35,473 nt of DNA, from contig CAZOLA010000011.1 of NCBI GenBank assembly GCA_964580845.1, positions 24,660 to 60,132 of the forward strand. Direction: 5' to 3'. A program made the translations under genes and the position numbers. Below, piece by piece: positions 1 through 8,417 of this stretch. The stretch is from an uncultured Sphingobacterium sp. GTDB taxonomy: Bacteria; Bacteroidota; Bacteroidia; Sphingobacteriales; Sphingobacteriaceae. How positions within the stretch are numbered: position 1 is the stretch's first letter; the number at the start of each line of letters is the position of its first letter. The notes under the pieces are model-generated. The model searched no databases. It worked only from the letters and a program-made list of their open reading frames with translations, and was not told the origin of the DNA.

Positions 1-1093
1 TCCCGCCACGAATGCTTTGTAGTTTGGGTTCGAGTCCGGCTCTGCGTATGGCTTCTAAACCAAATTCCACCACTCCCGGGTGCTCGTCCAGAATTTTTTT
101 CATGTTACGGTATTGTTCTTTTACCTGGAGTTCATAATGACTTTTAGGGTAGTTGACAATTACCTTTTTGGTAATTTCTTCCAAGAAAGTCGCGTGGCTT
201 TGAAGGCCCTCTTCCGTAAAATCGCGAACAATGAACTCTAAGGTAGCTTCCTCCACGGTACCGCGGATAGCCACCGGATGTAGAAATCCTTCTTTGGCCT
301 CCGTACTTTCGGGGCTCAATCTCTCTTTTGGTAATTGTGCTATAATTTCAGCCGCAATCTTCAAGGCACTTTCCATTTTGCCCTTGGCAAATCCCGGATG
401 TGAGCTGATACCTCGGATGTTAATGACGATACCATCGGCCGAAAAGGTTTCATTTTCGAACGAACCCAGCGTCTCTCCGTCAACAGTATAAGCAAAGTCG
501 GCACCTAATTTATTCAGGTCAACTTTATCTACGCCTCTTCCAATTTCCTCATCCGGAGTGAATAAGATCTTTAAGGTGCCGTGTTTTATTTCAGGATGAT
601 GGGTCAAAAAATTCACCACATCCATAATTTCAGCTAATCCGGCCTTATTGTCGGCCCCTAAAAGTGTAGTCCCGCTGGCGGTAATGATGTCATTGCCGAT
701 TTGTGCTTGCAGATCGGGATGTTCTTTCATCCGTAAAACCTGACTTGGATCATCGGGCAGCACCAGATCTTGACCTTGATAGTTAGGGTGGATGATGGGT
801 TTCACCTCCTTGCCGCTGCAATCGGGCGAGGTATCCATGTGGGAGCAGAAACAGATCACCGGAACCGATTTATTGGTATTTGCCGGAAGGGTGGCATATA
901 CATAGCCGTGCTCATCTAAATGCGCATCAGTGATGCCCATTTCAATTAATTCTTGCACCAGAAGGCGTCCCAAGTCTTTTTGTTTTTCGGTAGATGGACA
1001 AGTGTTTGAGTAGGGATCTGATTGCGTATCGATCCTTACATATTTTAGAAATCTGTTTGATGCTGTGTAGTTATATATTTTTAGTGCTTCCAT
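1..1093 (-). CDS. pepT: Peptidase T (tripeptide aminopeptidase, M20B family). The start is ATG at 1093 and the C-terminus runs off the window edge.
   Basis: Reverse-strand translation from the ATG at 1093 gives MEALKIYNYTASNRFLKYVRIDTQSDPYSNTCPSTEKQKDLGRLLVQELIEMGITDAHLDEHGYVYATLPANTNKSVPVICFCSHMDTSPD...GADNKAGLAEIMDVV...FTPDEEIGRG, a typical PepT/M20 metal-binding layout. It is absent from the ORF track only because it has no in-window stop. Confidence 0.85.
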   Translation of the reverse strand, partial: MEALKIYNYTASNRFLKYVRIDTQSDPYSNTCPSTEKQKDLGRLLVQELIEMGITDAHLDEHGYVYATLPANTNKSVPVICFCSHMDTSPDCSGKEVKPIIHPNYQGQDLVLPDDPSQVLRMKEHPDLQAQIGNDIITASGTTLLGADNKAGLAEIMDVVNFLTHHPEIKHGTLKILFTPDEEIGRGVDKVDLNKLGADFAYTVDGETLGSFENETFSADGIVINIRGISSHPGFAKGKMESALKIAAEIIAQLPKERLSPESTEAKEGFLHPVAIRGTVEEATLEFIVRDFTEEGLQSHATFLEEITKKVIVNYPKSHYELQVKEQYRNMKKILDEHPGVVEFGLEAIRRAGLEPKLQSIRGG

Positions 1094-1188
1094 AGGCTCT
1101 CCCGGGAGGTAAATTTAAAATAAATGTCTACCTTTTACTAAGCTGATTTTACACAGCTAAATAGTCGACAAATAATATCTTTGGGGAT

Positions 1189-2913
1189 ATGAAAAAAATC
1201 TTTTTGCTTGGATTTTCTGTTTTATTGGTACTGAGTGTGCATGCCCAGCTAACTCCCTTTGAACGCGATCAGTATAAAAACACCACCGCAACTTATGCAG
1301 AAGCCATTAGTTATTATCAGCAATTAGATCAAAAGTTTGATCAACTGAAAATGGTCACTTGTGGGCCAACAGATAGCGGTAAGCCGCTTCACCTGGTGGT
1401 TTTGTCAAAAAATAAAGTGTTTGATCCTGCCAAACTTCGTCAGCAAGATAAGCGGATCATTCTGATCAATAATGGCATACATCCTGGGGAACCGGAGGGT
1501 ATTGATGCCAGCATGATGCTGGTTCGTGATTTGCTGAAAAATAATGCGGTACCCGATAATGTGGTACTTTGTTTCATACCGATCTATAATATTGACGGCA
1601 GTTTGAACAGGTCTTCCACTTCGAGAGCAAATCAGAATGGTCCGCAGGCTTACGGATTTAGGGGTAATGCTCAAAATCTTGATTTGAATCGCGATTTCAT
1701 CAAAACGGACTCCAAAAACTCACGATCTTTTCAGGAAATTTTTAACACCTGGCGGCCCGATATTTTCATCGATAACCATACCAGTAATGGTGCCGATTAC
1801 CAGTATGTGATGACTTTAATAGATACGCAACAAGACAAATTAAGCCCCATTTTAGCAGATTTCATGTCTAATAAACTCACACCGGCCATCTTCAAACAAA
1901 TGAAAAATGTCGGTTGGGAAATGACACCTTACGTTGATCACATTAAAGAAACACCCGATGAGGGGATCCGTGCTTTTTTGGAGATTCCCCGCTTTAGTAC
2001 AGGTTATGCGGCGCTTCATCAAACCATAGGATATGTTCCCGAAACGCACATGCTCAAACCTTTTAAACAAAGGGTAGAAGCCACATACGCCCTCATGCAA
2101 ACTTTCATCAACTATACTGAGGAGCATGCAGCAGAAATAGGATTTGTAAGAAAGAAAGCGCTGGAGGCAGCCAAACAACAAAAGGAATTCGCTTTGAGCT
2201 GGAAATTAGATGAGAGCAGGGTAGATAGTTTTGAATTTAAGGGTTATGAAGCCGGTCGCAAGCCCAGCGAGATCAGTGGAGAACCTCGCTTGTTCTATGA
2301 TCGAGCGAAACCTTACCAAAAAAACATTCCCTGGTTTAAACATTATCAATCTACATTAAGTGTAAATGCCCCAGTGGCTTATATCATTCCGCAAGCTTGG
2401 CAAAAAGTGATTGATTTGTTGAGATTGAACGGTGTACAGCTCGAAAGGTTAAAAAAAGATACGCTGATGAATCTGGAGATGTATTATATCACGGATTACA
2501 AAAGTCCGGCCAGACCCTATGAAGGGCATTATCTTCATACGCAGGTTAAGGTAAACCCGGTAAAACAATCTGTTCGTTTTTATGAGGGTGATTATGTAGT
2601 GAAGGTAAATCAGCCCCAAAATCGATACATTGTAGAAACGCTGGAACCACAAGGCGTCGATTCTTTTTTTGCCTGGAACTTCTTTGATTCGATTCTTAGT
2701 CAGAAAGAGTATTTTTCGGCTTATGTTTTTGAAGATACTGGAGCAGCACTTTTAAGGCAGAATCCAGAACTTAGAAAGCAATTAGAAGAAGAAAAGTTGA
2801 AGAATGAAACATTGAATAAAAGTGGTGCAGCTCAATTGGATTGGGTTTATCGCCACTCAGATTACCTGGAGAAAACTTTCATGCGTTATCCCGTTGGACG
2901 ACTACTAAACTAG
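1189..2913 (+). CDS. Secreted M14-family zinc carboxypeptidase
   Basis: N-terminal signal peptide (MKKIFLLGFSVLLVLSVHAQ). Has the HxxE zinc motif (IHPGEPEG), the NRDF substrate-anchoring motif (NLDLNRDFIK) and a second zinc His (IDNHTSNG). The start codon is ATG. Confidence 0.8.
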   Translation: MKKIFLLGFSVLLVLSVHAQLTPFERDQYKNTTATYAEAISYYQQLDQKFDQLKMVTCGPTDSGKPLHLVVLSKNKVFDPAKLRQQDKRIILINNGIHPGEPEGIDASMMLVRDLLKNNAVPDNVVLCFIPIYNIDGSLNRSSTSRANQNGPQAYGFRGNAQNLDLNRDFIKTDSKNSRSFQEIFNTWRPDIFIDNHTSNGADYQYVMTLIDTQQDKLSPILADFMSNKLTPAIFKQMKNVGWEMTPYVDHIKETPDEGIRAFLEIPRFSTGYAALHQTIGYVPETHMLKPFKQRVEATYALMQTFINYTEEHAAEIGFVRKKALEAAKQQKEFALSWKLDESRVDSFEFKGYEAGRKPSEISGEPRLFYDRAKPYQKNIPWFKHYQSTLSVNAPVAYIIPQAWQKVIDLLRLNGVQLERLKKDTLMNLEMYYITDYKSPARPYEGHYLHTQVKVNPVKQSVRFYEGDYVVKVNQPQNRYIVETLEPQGVDSFFAWNFFDSILSQKEYFSAYVFEDTGAALLRQNPELRKQLEEEKLKNETLNKSGAAQLDWVYRHSDYLEKTFMRYPVGRLLN

Positions 2914-2915
2914 CT

Positions 2916-3554
2916 ATGCAAGACTACATCACCCAAACCCCCGTTGCCAGTATCATCTTTCTGTTCACTGTCGTGACCAGTATCTACGCATTTTCTAATC
3001 AGGAGATTTATGGCAAATTCATGCTGCACCCTTATAGCCTAAGTCGCGGCCAAAAAATTTATACACTACTTACAAGTGGTCTCATTCACAAGGACTGGAC
3101 GCACTTGCTGTTTAATATGCTCTCCTTCTATTTTTTTGCTTTTCCGCTCGAAAGAACATTGGTCTCCATCAGTGCTTGGGGTCATGTTCATTTCGGATTA
3201 ATTTACTTACTGAGTTTGGTGCTGAGCGATATGAGTTCTATTGCAAAACACAAAGAGCATTTCTGGTATCATAGTTTGGGGGCCTCAGGAGCGGTTTGTG
3301 CGGTGGTTTTCAGCTATATTTTGTTTTATCCCTTAACCAAAATGCTGATTTTACCTATCCCTATCCCTATCCCAGCGGTTTTATATGGATTTTTGTTTTT
3401 GGGATACTGCTGGTACGCTTCGCGGCATTCCAGCGATCATATTAATCATGATGCCCACTTTTATGGAGCATTAACCGGTATTTTGATCACGATCATTCTT
3501 CACCCTGATATTGTACCTTATTTTATAGGGCAGCTGACAGGAGGCAGGATTTAG
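2916..3554 (+). CDS. Rhomboid-family intramembrane serine protease
   Basis: Multi-TM protein carrying the catalytic GxSG motif (LGASGAVCAVVFSYI) and a downstream His inside a TM segment (HDAHFYGALTGILI). I moved the start to the ATG at 2916, right after the upstream TAG, because the ORF-track start at 2841 overlaps the carboxypeptidase gene. Confidence 0.8.
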   Translation: MQDYITQTPVASIIFLFTVVTSIYAFSNQEIYGKFMLHPYSLSRGQKIYTLLTSGLIHKDWTHLLFNMLSFYFFAFPLERTLVSISAWGHVHFGLIYLLSLVLSDMSSIAKHKEHFWYHSLGASGAVCAVVFSYILFYPLTKMLILPIPIPIPAVLYGFLFLGYCWYASRHSSDHINHDAHFYGALTGILITIILHPDIVPYFIGQLTGGRI

Positions 3555-4528
3555 ATTGATAAATTTTGCCTGAATTCTCCCTGTTCATCCAGCAAAAAGC
3601 TTAGTGGATTTTCGGGATCTTTGATGATTTCGAGCAATACATATCCCCAGGGCTTCCAGAAATTCTCCAGAACCTGGCCGTAAGTCTTGTTTTCCCAATG
3701 GTCGAAGATAGGTTTCGAACTGATTCCCTGAAGGGGCATCGCTTCTATAAATATGGCTTCATTTGTAGGTAATACGGTGTATTCTGGCAATCGGTTAAAG
3801 AGGTAGGCCGAGTAGAAAAAACGGGCACATATTTCTTCGAATTGGATCGGCTGCAAGCGATGATCCGAAATTTTTTGTAAAACATCCCGGTGATAGGCCA
3901 AATTGGTGCCGTTGTCTTGCAGGCAGGCAATGATGCCAAAATCGCCAGCCCTCAAGCTAAAACTCAGGGTATTAATTTCATCGCGATAGCTGAAGAAGTC
4001 TTGTTCCTGATCGAGCTTAAATAGGCAGATGCTCCAGGGATTTACATCTTCAAAAACAATGGGTCTGATCAAAGATTGCAGCATGAGGTGCAACTTAGAG
4101 AACTTAAACTGTAGCGATTGCGATAAGTTAAAACTTTCTCCCTGCGCCGCTTGTTGACGCATGCCCTGTCTGATTTCATGATAAATGATACCATAAACCA
4201 ATTTGGCAATCCATTGAAAAAGTTTTTGTTCGGGTAATGTTTTTAATCCGCTGTAACCAGCTGCAAAAGCTTTTTCAATTTCCAACTCAAGCGGTTCTAG
4301 GAATTGTTCATTGATATCCGTTGCACATGGAATTTTAATGTCTTTATAGGTAGTGATGCTTTCATCAAGCAGTTTAAATGCTTTCTCCTCTAAGCCAAAA
4401 CGCTGGATGAACCAGAGCGGGAAAACACTGATGCTTTCTTCGCTTGATTGCAGCTTTTTGCCGCTCAAAAAGCAATGCTGATGACCGAACTGGAAACTTT
4501 TAAAAGGTTCATACAAAGGCTCTACCAT
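3551..4528 (-). CDS. Hypothetical protein of 325 aa. It has no recognisable catalytic motif and no signal peptide or TM segments.
   Basis: Long ORF with an ATG start and amino-acid composition consistent with a real gene. Its stop codon overlaps the convergent rhomboid stop at 3551-3554. It is divergent from the dipeptide epimerase gene. Confidence 0.55.
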   Translation of the reverse strand: MVEPLYEPFKSFQFGHQHCFLSGKKLQSSEESISVFPLWFIQRFGLEEKAFKLLDESITTYKDIKIPCATDINEQFLEPLELEIEKAFAAGYSGLKTLPEQKLFQWIAKLVYGIIYHEIRQGMRQQAAQGESFNLSQSLQFKFSKLHLMLQSLIRPIVFEDVNPWSICLFKLDQEQDFFSYRDEINTLSFSLRAGDFGIIACLQDNGTNLAYHRDVLQKISDHRLQPIQFEEICARFFYSAYLFNRLPEYTVLPTNEAIFIEAMPLQGISSKPIFDHWENKTYGQVLENFWKPWGYVLLEIIKDPENPLSFLLDEQGEFRQNLSI

Positions 4529-4599
4529 GCTCCAAAGGTAAACAATTGGCCCGATTGCCGGATTTTTTCAGTTAATTAGCGATGTAAGCCAAGTGTAAA

Positions 4600-5610
4600 A
4601 TGAGCATCCGAATACACGCTAAACCCTATGAGTTATTCTTGAAATATCCTTTCAGCATTTCAGGATATAGCCGTATGAGTACTCCTCTGATGCTTTTGGA
4701 GCTCGAATTTGATGGCTTAATCGGTTTTGGGGAAGCATCTATGGTGCCTTATCATGGAGAAAATCCTGCCACCGCTGCTGAATTTCTATCAAAAGTAAAA
4801 CTCGATTGGCTCCAACCGCCTTTCAATTTTGATGAGGTTAGGGGCTATTTAGATGGCCTGGCTCCCGGAAATCCGAACATCAAAGCTGCTATCGACATTG
4901 CCTTGCACGATTTGCAGGGGAAAATAGATCAGCGTCCTTGTTGGCAATATTTCGACGTAGATCCTGAGCAAATGCCACTTAGCTCTATTACTATTGGGAT
5001 GGATACTCGGGAGGTGATTTTAAAGAAAGTGCATGAAGCCGAACCAGCTCATATTCTCAAAGTGAAACTGGGCGGCGAAGCCGACAAAATACTCATCGAA
5101 ACCATTCGTTCTGTAACAGATAAGCCTTTATTTGTAGATGCCAATCAGGGGTGGAAGGATCGTAATCAAGCTTTGGAGATGGTTCAATGGTTGGAAGAAC
5201 AAGGTGTGAGATTGATTGAACAGCCGATGGATAAAAATAACTGGGAAGACAATGCCTGGATTACAGAACAGAGTCCCATTCCGATTTTGGGCGATGAATC
5301 CATCCAGCGTTTGGCCGATGTGGTAAAAGCAAAAGGAGTTTACCATGGCATCAATATCAAGCTGATGAAAAGTTCCGGTATGCACGAAGCATGGCAAATG
5401 ATACAAAAAGCCCGTGAGCTGGACTTAAAAATCTTGATAGGCTGCATGAGTGAAACTTCCTGTGCCACCCTGGCTGCCGCCGCATTAGCTCCGCTTTGCG
5501 ACTGGGCCGATTTAGATGGTCCCTTCCTCACCCAAAATAATCCATTCCCTAATCCCGAATTTAAAGATGGGAAATGGATGCTCACTGACCATTCCGGTAT
5601 TGGAATCTAA
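4600..5610 (+). CDS. L-Ala-D/L-Glu (dipeptide) epimerase, enolase superfamily, MR/MLE subgroup
   Basis: Ordered MLE-subgroup catalytic residues: KxK (HILKVKLGG), metal ligands D (FVDANQGW), E (LIEQPMD) and D (ILGDESI), and a second base K (NIKLMKSSG). ATG start. Confidence 0.8.
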   Translation: MSIRIHAKPYELFLKYPFSISGYSRMSTPLMLLELEFDGLIGFGEASMVPYHGENPATAAEFLSKVKLDWLQPPFNFDEVRGYLDGLAPGNPNIKAAIDIALHDLQGKIDQRPCWQYFDVDPEQMPLSSITIGMDTREVILKKVHEAEPAHILKVKLGGEADKILIETIRSVTDKPLFVDANQGWKDRNQALEMVQWLEEQGVRLIEQPMDKNNWEDNAWITEQSPIPILGDESIQRLADVVKAKGVYHGINIKLMKSSGMHEAWQMIQKARELDLKILIGCMSETSCATLAAAALAPLCDWADLDGPFLTQNNPFPNPEFKDGKWMLTDHSGIGI

Positions 5611-5693
5611 TTACTAAGAAAATAATTTTCTTTTAATGTAACCTTAAGTCTAATTTTTACGTATAAAGACTTGATATATAAGAACATTAAAGG

Positions 5694-6383
5694 ATGAAAC
5701 GGTTTTACGGTGGCCTAGTTATACTCTCTATTCTACTGGCTCTGATAAAAACTGTTTCTGCCCAATCTTGGAAAATCATCGTCCAGCCTAACTCAGGTTT
5801 CTTTCATTTCAAGGGAGACGGTGCAAATACCAATGCGGATCGTTTTAACGCTTATGGAACGCAACCGGGGGTATCTTACGGAATAGGGATAGATTTTCAA
5901 AGAATTAACCATCATCGGATAAGATTTGGCTTAAGTATAGATTTCGAATCCTTACAAAGTAAAGCCACTTTTTCTTTTAAAGATTTAAATAATGTGGCTT
6001 GGGAAGGCAGAATATTTTTGAGGCATAACTTTTTTACCCTGAATCCCTATTTAAGCTATCATTGGAAAGCAGGTCCTTTTTCCATGAATTTACAAGGAGG
6101 AATAGCAATTGCATTGAATACAGGTCCAGCAAAGAAAAATTACAAGTCTATGTCTGAAAATGGTTATGTAGAATCCTACAGAGAGGATAGGTCTACTACA
6201 GTTATTGATTTACGACCCAACCTGCAGTTGAATATTTTTAAAAATCAACTTGGAGTCGGCTTAGGTTATTCATCAGGTATTTGGGATTATAAATTTGGTT
6301 GGGTTGGTGGTACAAACCTTATTTTCTCTCGTTATCTGAAATTTTCCCTCCAATACCAATTAAATAAAAAGCCCAAACCCTAA
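5694..6383 (+). CDS. Hypothetical secreted protein, possibly an outer-membrane beta-barrel
   Basis: Signal peptide (MKRFYGGLVILSILLALIKTVSAQ). Short alternating hydrophobic stretches typical of beta strands (FGLSIDFESL, GIAIALNT, LGVGLGYSSGI). No family recognised. Confidence 0.5.
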   Translation: MKRFYGGLVILSILLALIKTVSAQSWKIIVQPNSGFFHFKGDGANTNADRFNAYGTQPGVSYGIGIDFQRINHHRIRFGLSIDFESLQSKATFSFKDLNNVAWEGRIFLRHNFFTLNPYLSYHWKAGPFSMNLQGGIAIALNTGPAKKNYKSMSENGYVESYREDRSTTVIDLRPNLQLNIFKNQLGVGLGYSSGIWDYKFGWVGGTNLIFSRYLKFSLQYQLNKKPKP

Positions 6384-6418
6384 AGGTCTAGGCTATGTTG
6401 AATGTGATATTCTAATGA

Positions 6419-7324
6419 TTAATTCCCGCCAATAATTATTGGCGCACTTTTGCCACCACCGGTGATAATGATTTTAGTGTTTGGTGAAAGTGCAATTTCC
6501 TTTTGCGCCTTAATGGCTTCGTATTGTAATTGTTTATCACTTAAGCCGGTCGAAAGTATTTTCTGGTAATCGGCAATACCCTGCGCTTCCACTCGCTTGC
6601 GTTCTGCTTCCTGGCGCTCTTTTTGCAAAACGAAAGTCATTTTTTGTGCTTCCTGCTCTGCGTTGATTTTAGATTCGATGGTTTTTTTAACAGATTCCGG
6701 CAAGGTGATATTTCTTACCAGTAATTGTTCTAAAGCCAAACCCCTTTTAGCAAAACTTTCGCCAATGGTTTTATAAATCTTGTCTTGAAATTCCTGCCTT
6801 TTGGTAGAATATAAAGCAACCGCATCGTAATACACTGCATTATCGCGAATGGCAGTGCGGCTTACGGGGCGTACAATCTTGTCTACATAATCGCGGCCAA
6901 TTTCTTTTAAAATCCGAGGAGTTTCATTGGCGTTTACTCTGTATAGTACCGATAAATCGATAATCACTTCCAAACCATCAGATGAAAGCACCCGAATAGC
7001 GTCATCGCCAGATTTAGTTCCCTCATCATGGACACCAGACATGGTGTAGTTTTGTGTCTTCACATCAAAATTGGTCACCTCTACCAATGGATTGATCACA
7101 TTGAGACCGCTATACAATACATCATCTTCCACCTTGCCAAAAAGGGTTTTAACCCCTACCTGTCCGGCATCAATTACCTTGAACATGGAAGTAGAGGCTC
7201 CAACTATTAACAAGACAATTCCCGCAATCCGGATGGTGCCAGCCAATCGGGTTAGCGGACTTTCCTGGCGTGCAGCCTGGATGCCAAAAATGAGTAAAAC
7301 TGAACCGATGAATAATAGAATCAT
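6419..7324 (-). CDS. SPFH / band-7 (prohibitin/HflC-like) membrane protein
   Basis: N-terminal TM helix, then an SPFH core (VDAGQVGVKTLFGKV...IDLSVLYRV) and a C-terminal coiled-coil rich in E/K/Q/A (EQEAQKMTFVLQKERQEAERKRVEAQGIADYQK). Confidence 0.85.
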   Translation of the reverse strand: MILLFIGSVLLIFGIQAARQESPLTRLAGTIRIAGIVLLIVGASTSMFKVIDAGQVGVKTLFGKVEDDVLYSGLNVINPLVEVTNFDVKTQNYTMSGVHDEGTKSGDDAIRVLSSDGLEVIIDLSVLYRVNANETPRILKEIGRDYVDKIVRPVSRTAIRDNAVYYDAVALYSTKRQEFQDKIYKTIGESFAKRGLALEQLLVRNITLPESVKKTIESKINAEQEAQKMTFVLQKERQEAERKRVEAQGIADYQKILSTGLSDKQLQYEAIKAQKEIALSPNTKIIITGGGKSAPIIIGGN

Positions 7325-7354
7325 ATCTAAGTACTATTTAAAAGTTATTAAAAA

Positions 7355-7555
7355 TTATTTTTTCTGGGCAGTTTCACGCACCCTTTTAATCAATCTGACC
7401 TTTAAAAAGATCAATAATGTCAAAGAGAAAATACTGGCAGCGAGCATTCCGTAAACACCGTTTTTAAATGCCCAGTATGCGCTCATTCCCATGCTGAAAA
7501 TACCAATATTAAGCCCCACATTGGCTAAAATTTTCCAGATCATTTTAGTAAACAT
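7355..7555 (-). CDS. Small two-TM membrane protein of 66 aa, in an operon with the SPFH gene
   Basis: ATG start that overlaps the rhodanese stop by 11 bp. Two hydrophobic helices and a basic tail (KVRLIKRVRETAQKK). It sits between the rhodanese and SPFH genes on the same strand. Confidence 0.45.
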   Translation of the reverse strand: MFTKMIWKILANVGLNIGIFSMGMSAYWAFKNGVYGMLAASIFSLTLLIFLKVRLIKRVRETAQKK

Positions 7556-7859
7556 TCATACCCGGTTCTATTTCGGCCGCCCAGGCCAAAATACCACCCT
7601 TTAAATTATATAAATCTTTAAACCCATGACTTTCAAGCTGCATGATTGCCGCTGCACTACGAGCGCCGCTGCGGCAATGTACAATAACTGGCTTGTCTCT
7701 GTCAATCTTCTCTGTCTCTACCAAAATATTGGCAAGCGGAATGTGTAAACCTTGCAGATTTGAAACCTCGTATTCGAAAGCTTCTCTTACATCAATCAAT
7801 TGGAAATCTTCCTGCTGGTCGATCTTCTTTTTTAATTCTTGTACGGTTATTTCTTTCAT
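7545..7859 (-). CDS. Single-domain rhodanese (sulfurtransferase)
   Basis: Active-site loop CRSGARS (Cys-Arg-x-Gly-x-Arg) within PVIVHCRSGARSAAAI. About 104 aa. Confidence 0.85.
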   Translation of the reverse strand: MKEITVQELKKKIDQQEDFQLIDVREAFEYEVSNLQGLHIPLANILVETEKIDRDKPVIVHCRSGARSAAAIMQLESHGFKDLYNLKGGILAWAAEIEPGMNVY

Positions 7860-7920
7860 TAAAGATCTTTTTATAAACCAAAGGTATCATTTCGGTTCAT
7901 CAAATTCATGAAAATATTTA

Positions 7921-7970
7921 CTATGCTTGCATAATAAATATACATTACTTAGATTTGCTATGCTTGCATA
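7921..7970 (+). promoter_or_regulatory. Two copies of the 13-bp imperfect palindrome CTATGCTTGCATA, 37 bp apart and ending 6 bp before the MarR start codon. This is a candidate MarR operator.
   Basis: Copies at 7921-7933 and 7958-7970. Each has inverted ATGC/GCAT arms around a TT centre. Confidence 0.45.
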
Positions 7971-7976
7971 GTAAAC

Positions 7977-8417
7977 ATGAAGCCAGAAGAAACAATAGAC
8001 TTTCATTTAAAGGTGGTTTGGCAGAATATTGCCAACACTTACAATCAATTGGCCGCAGCTTTTGGCATCACCCAAGCCTTGGGTTATGCGCTTATCAACA
8101 TTCAAGAGGAAGGTACGGCAGTTAGCCAGATAGCCAACCTTTTGGGGGTCAAATCTACCAGCCTGTCGAGAATGTTGAAAAACATGGAAGAGCTCGGTTT
8201 AATTTACCGAAAGGTAGACACCAAGGATAAAAGATCGGTGAAGATTTACTTAACCGATTTCGGTAGAGAAAAGAAACATTTGGCCAAGCAAGTTGTGAAA
8301 GATTTCAATCAGTATTTGAATAAAAATCTTCAACAAAATGAGCGCAAAGATTTGATTGAGCTGCTCCAAAGAATTAACGAACTAACTTTTGCCTATAAAC
8401 CCGTTACTGTGGTATGA
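7977..8417 (+). CDS. MarR-family transcriptional regulator
   Basis: Winged-helix MarR layout (LGVKSTSLSRMLKNMEELGLIYRKVDTKDKRSVKIYLTDFG). Its stop overlaps the fadB-like start in an ATGA junction. Confidence 0.85.
   Translation: MKPEETIDFHLKVVWQNIANTYNQLAAAFGITQALGYALINIQEEGTAVSQIANLLGVKSTSLSRMLKNMEELGLIYRKVDTKDKRSVKIYLTDFGREKKHLAKQVVKDFNQYLNKNLQQNERKDLIELLQRINELTFAYKPVTVV

Noticed and set aside
231-491. 86-aa plus-strand ORF at the window start
   Set aside because: It lies antisense within the well-supported pepT coding region on the minus strand. Its composition is not protein-like, so it is a shadow ORF.
3354-3374. Short tandem CTATCC repeat inside the rhomboid gene that encodes a PIPIPIP stretch
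   Set aside because: Only three or four units of an in-frame hexamer that encode a proline-rich loop between TM helices. It is not a CRISPR-like or mobile repeat.
5611-5630. AT-only hairpin (agaaaat-a-attttct) after the epimerase gene
   Set aside because: The stem is composed solely of A/T with a 1-nt loop. It is too weak to call a terminator.
5694-6383. Possible horizontally acquired gene, which looked AT-richer than its neighbours by eye
   Set aside because: I cannot compute GC or codon statistics reliably by eye. There are no flanking repeats, integrase or tRNA to support an island.
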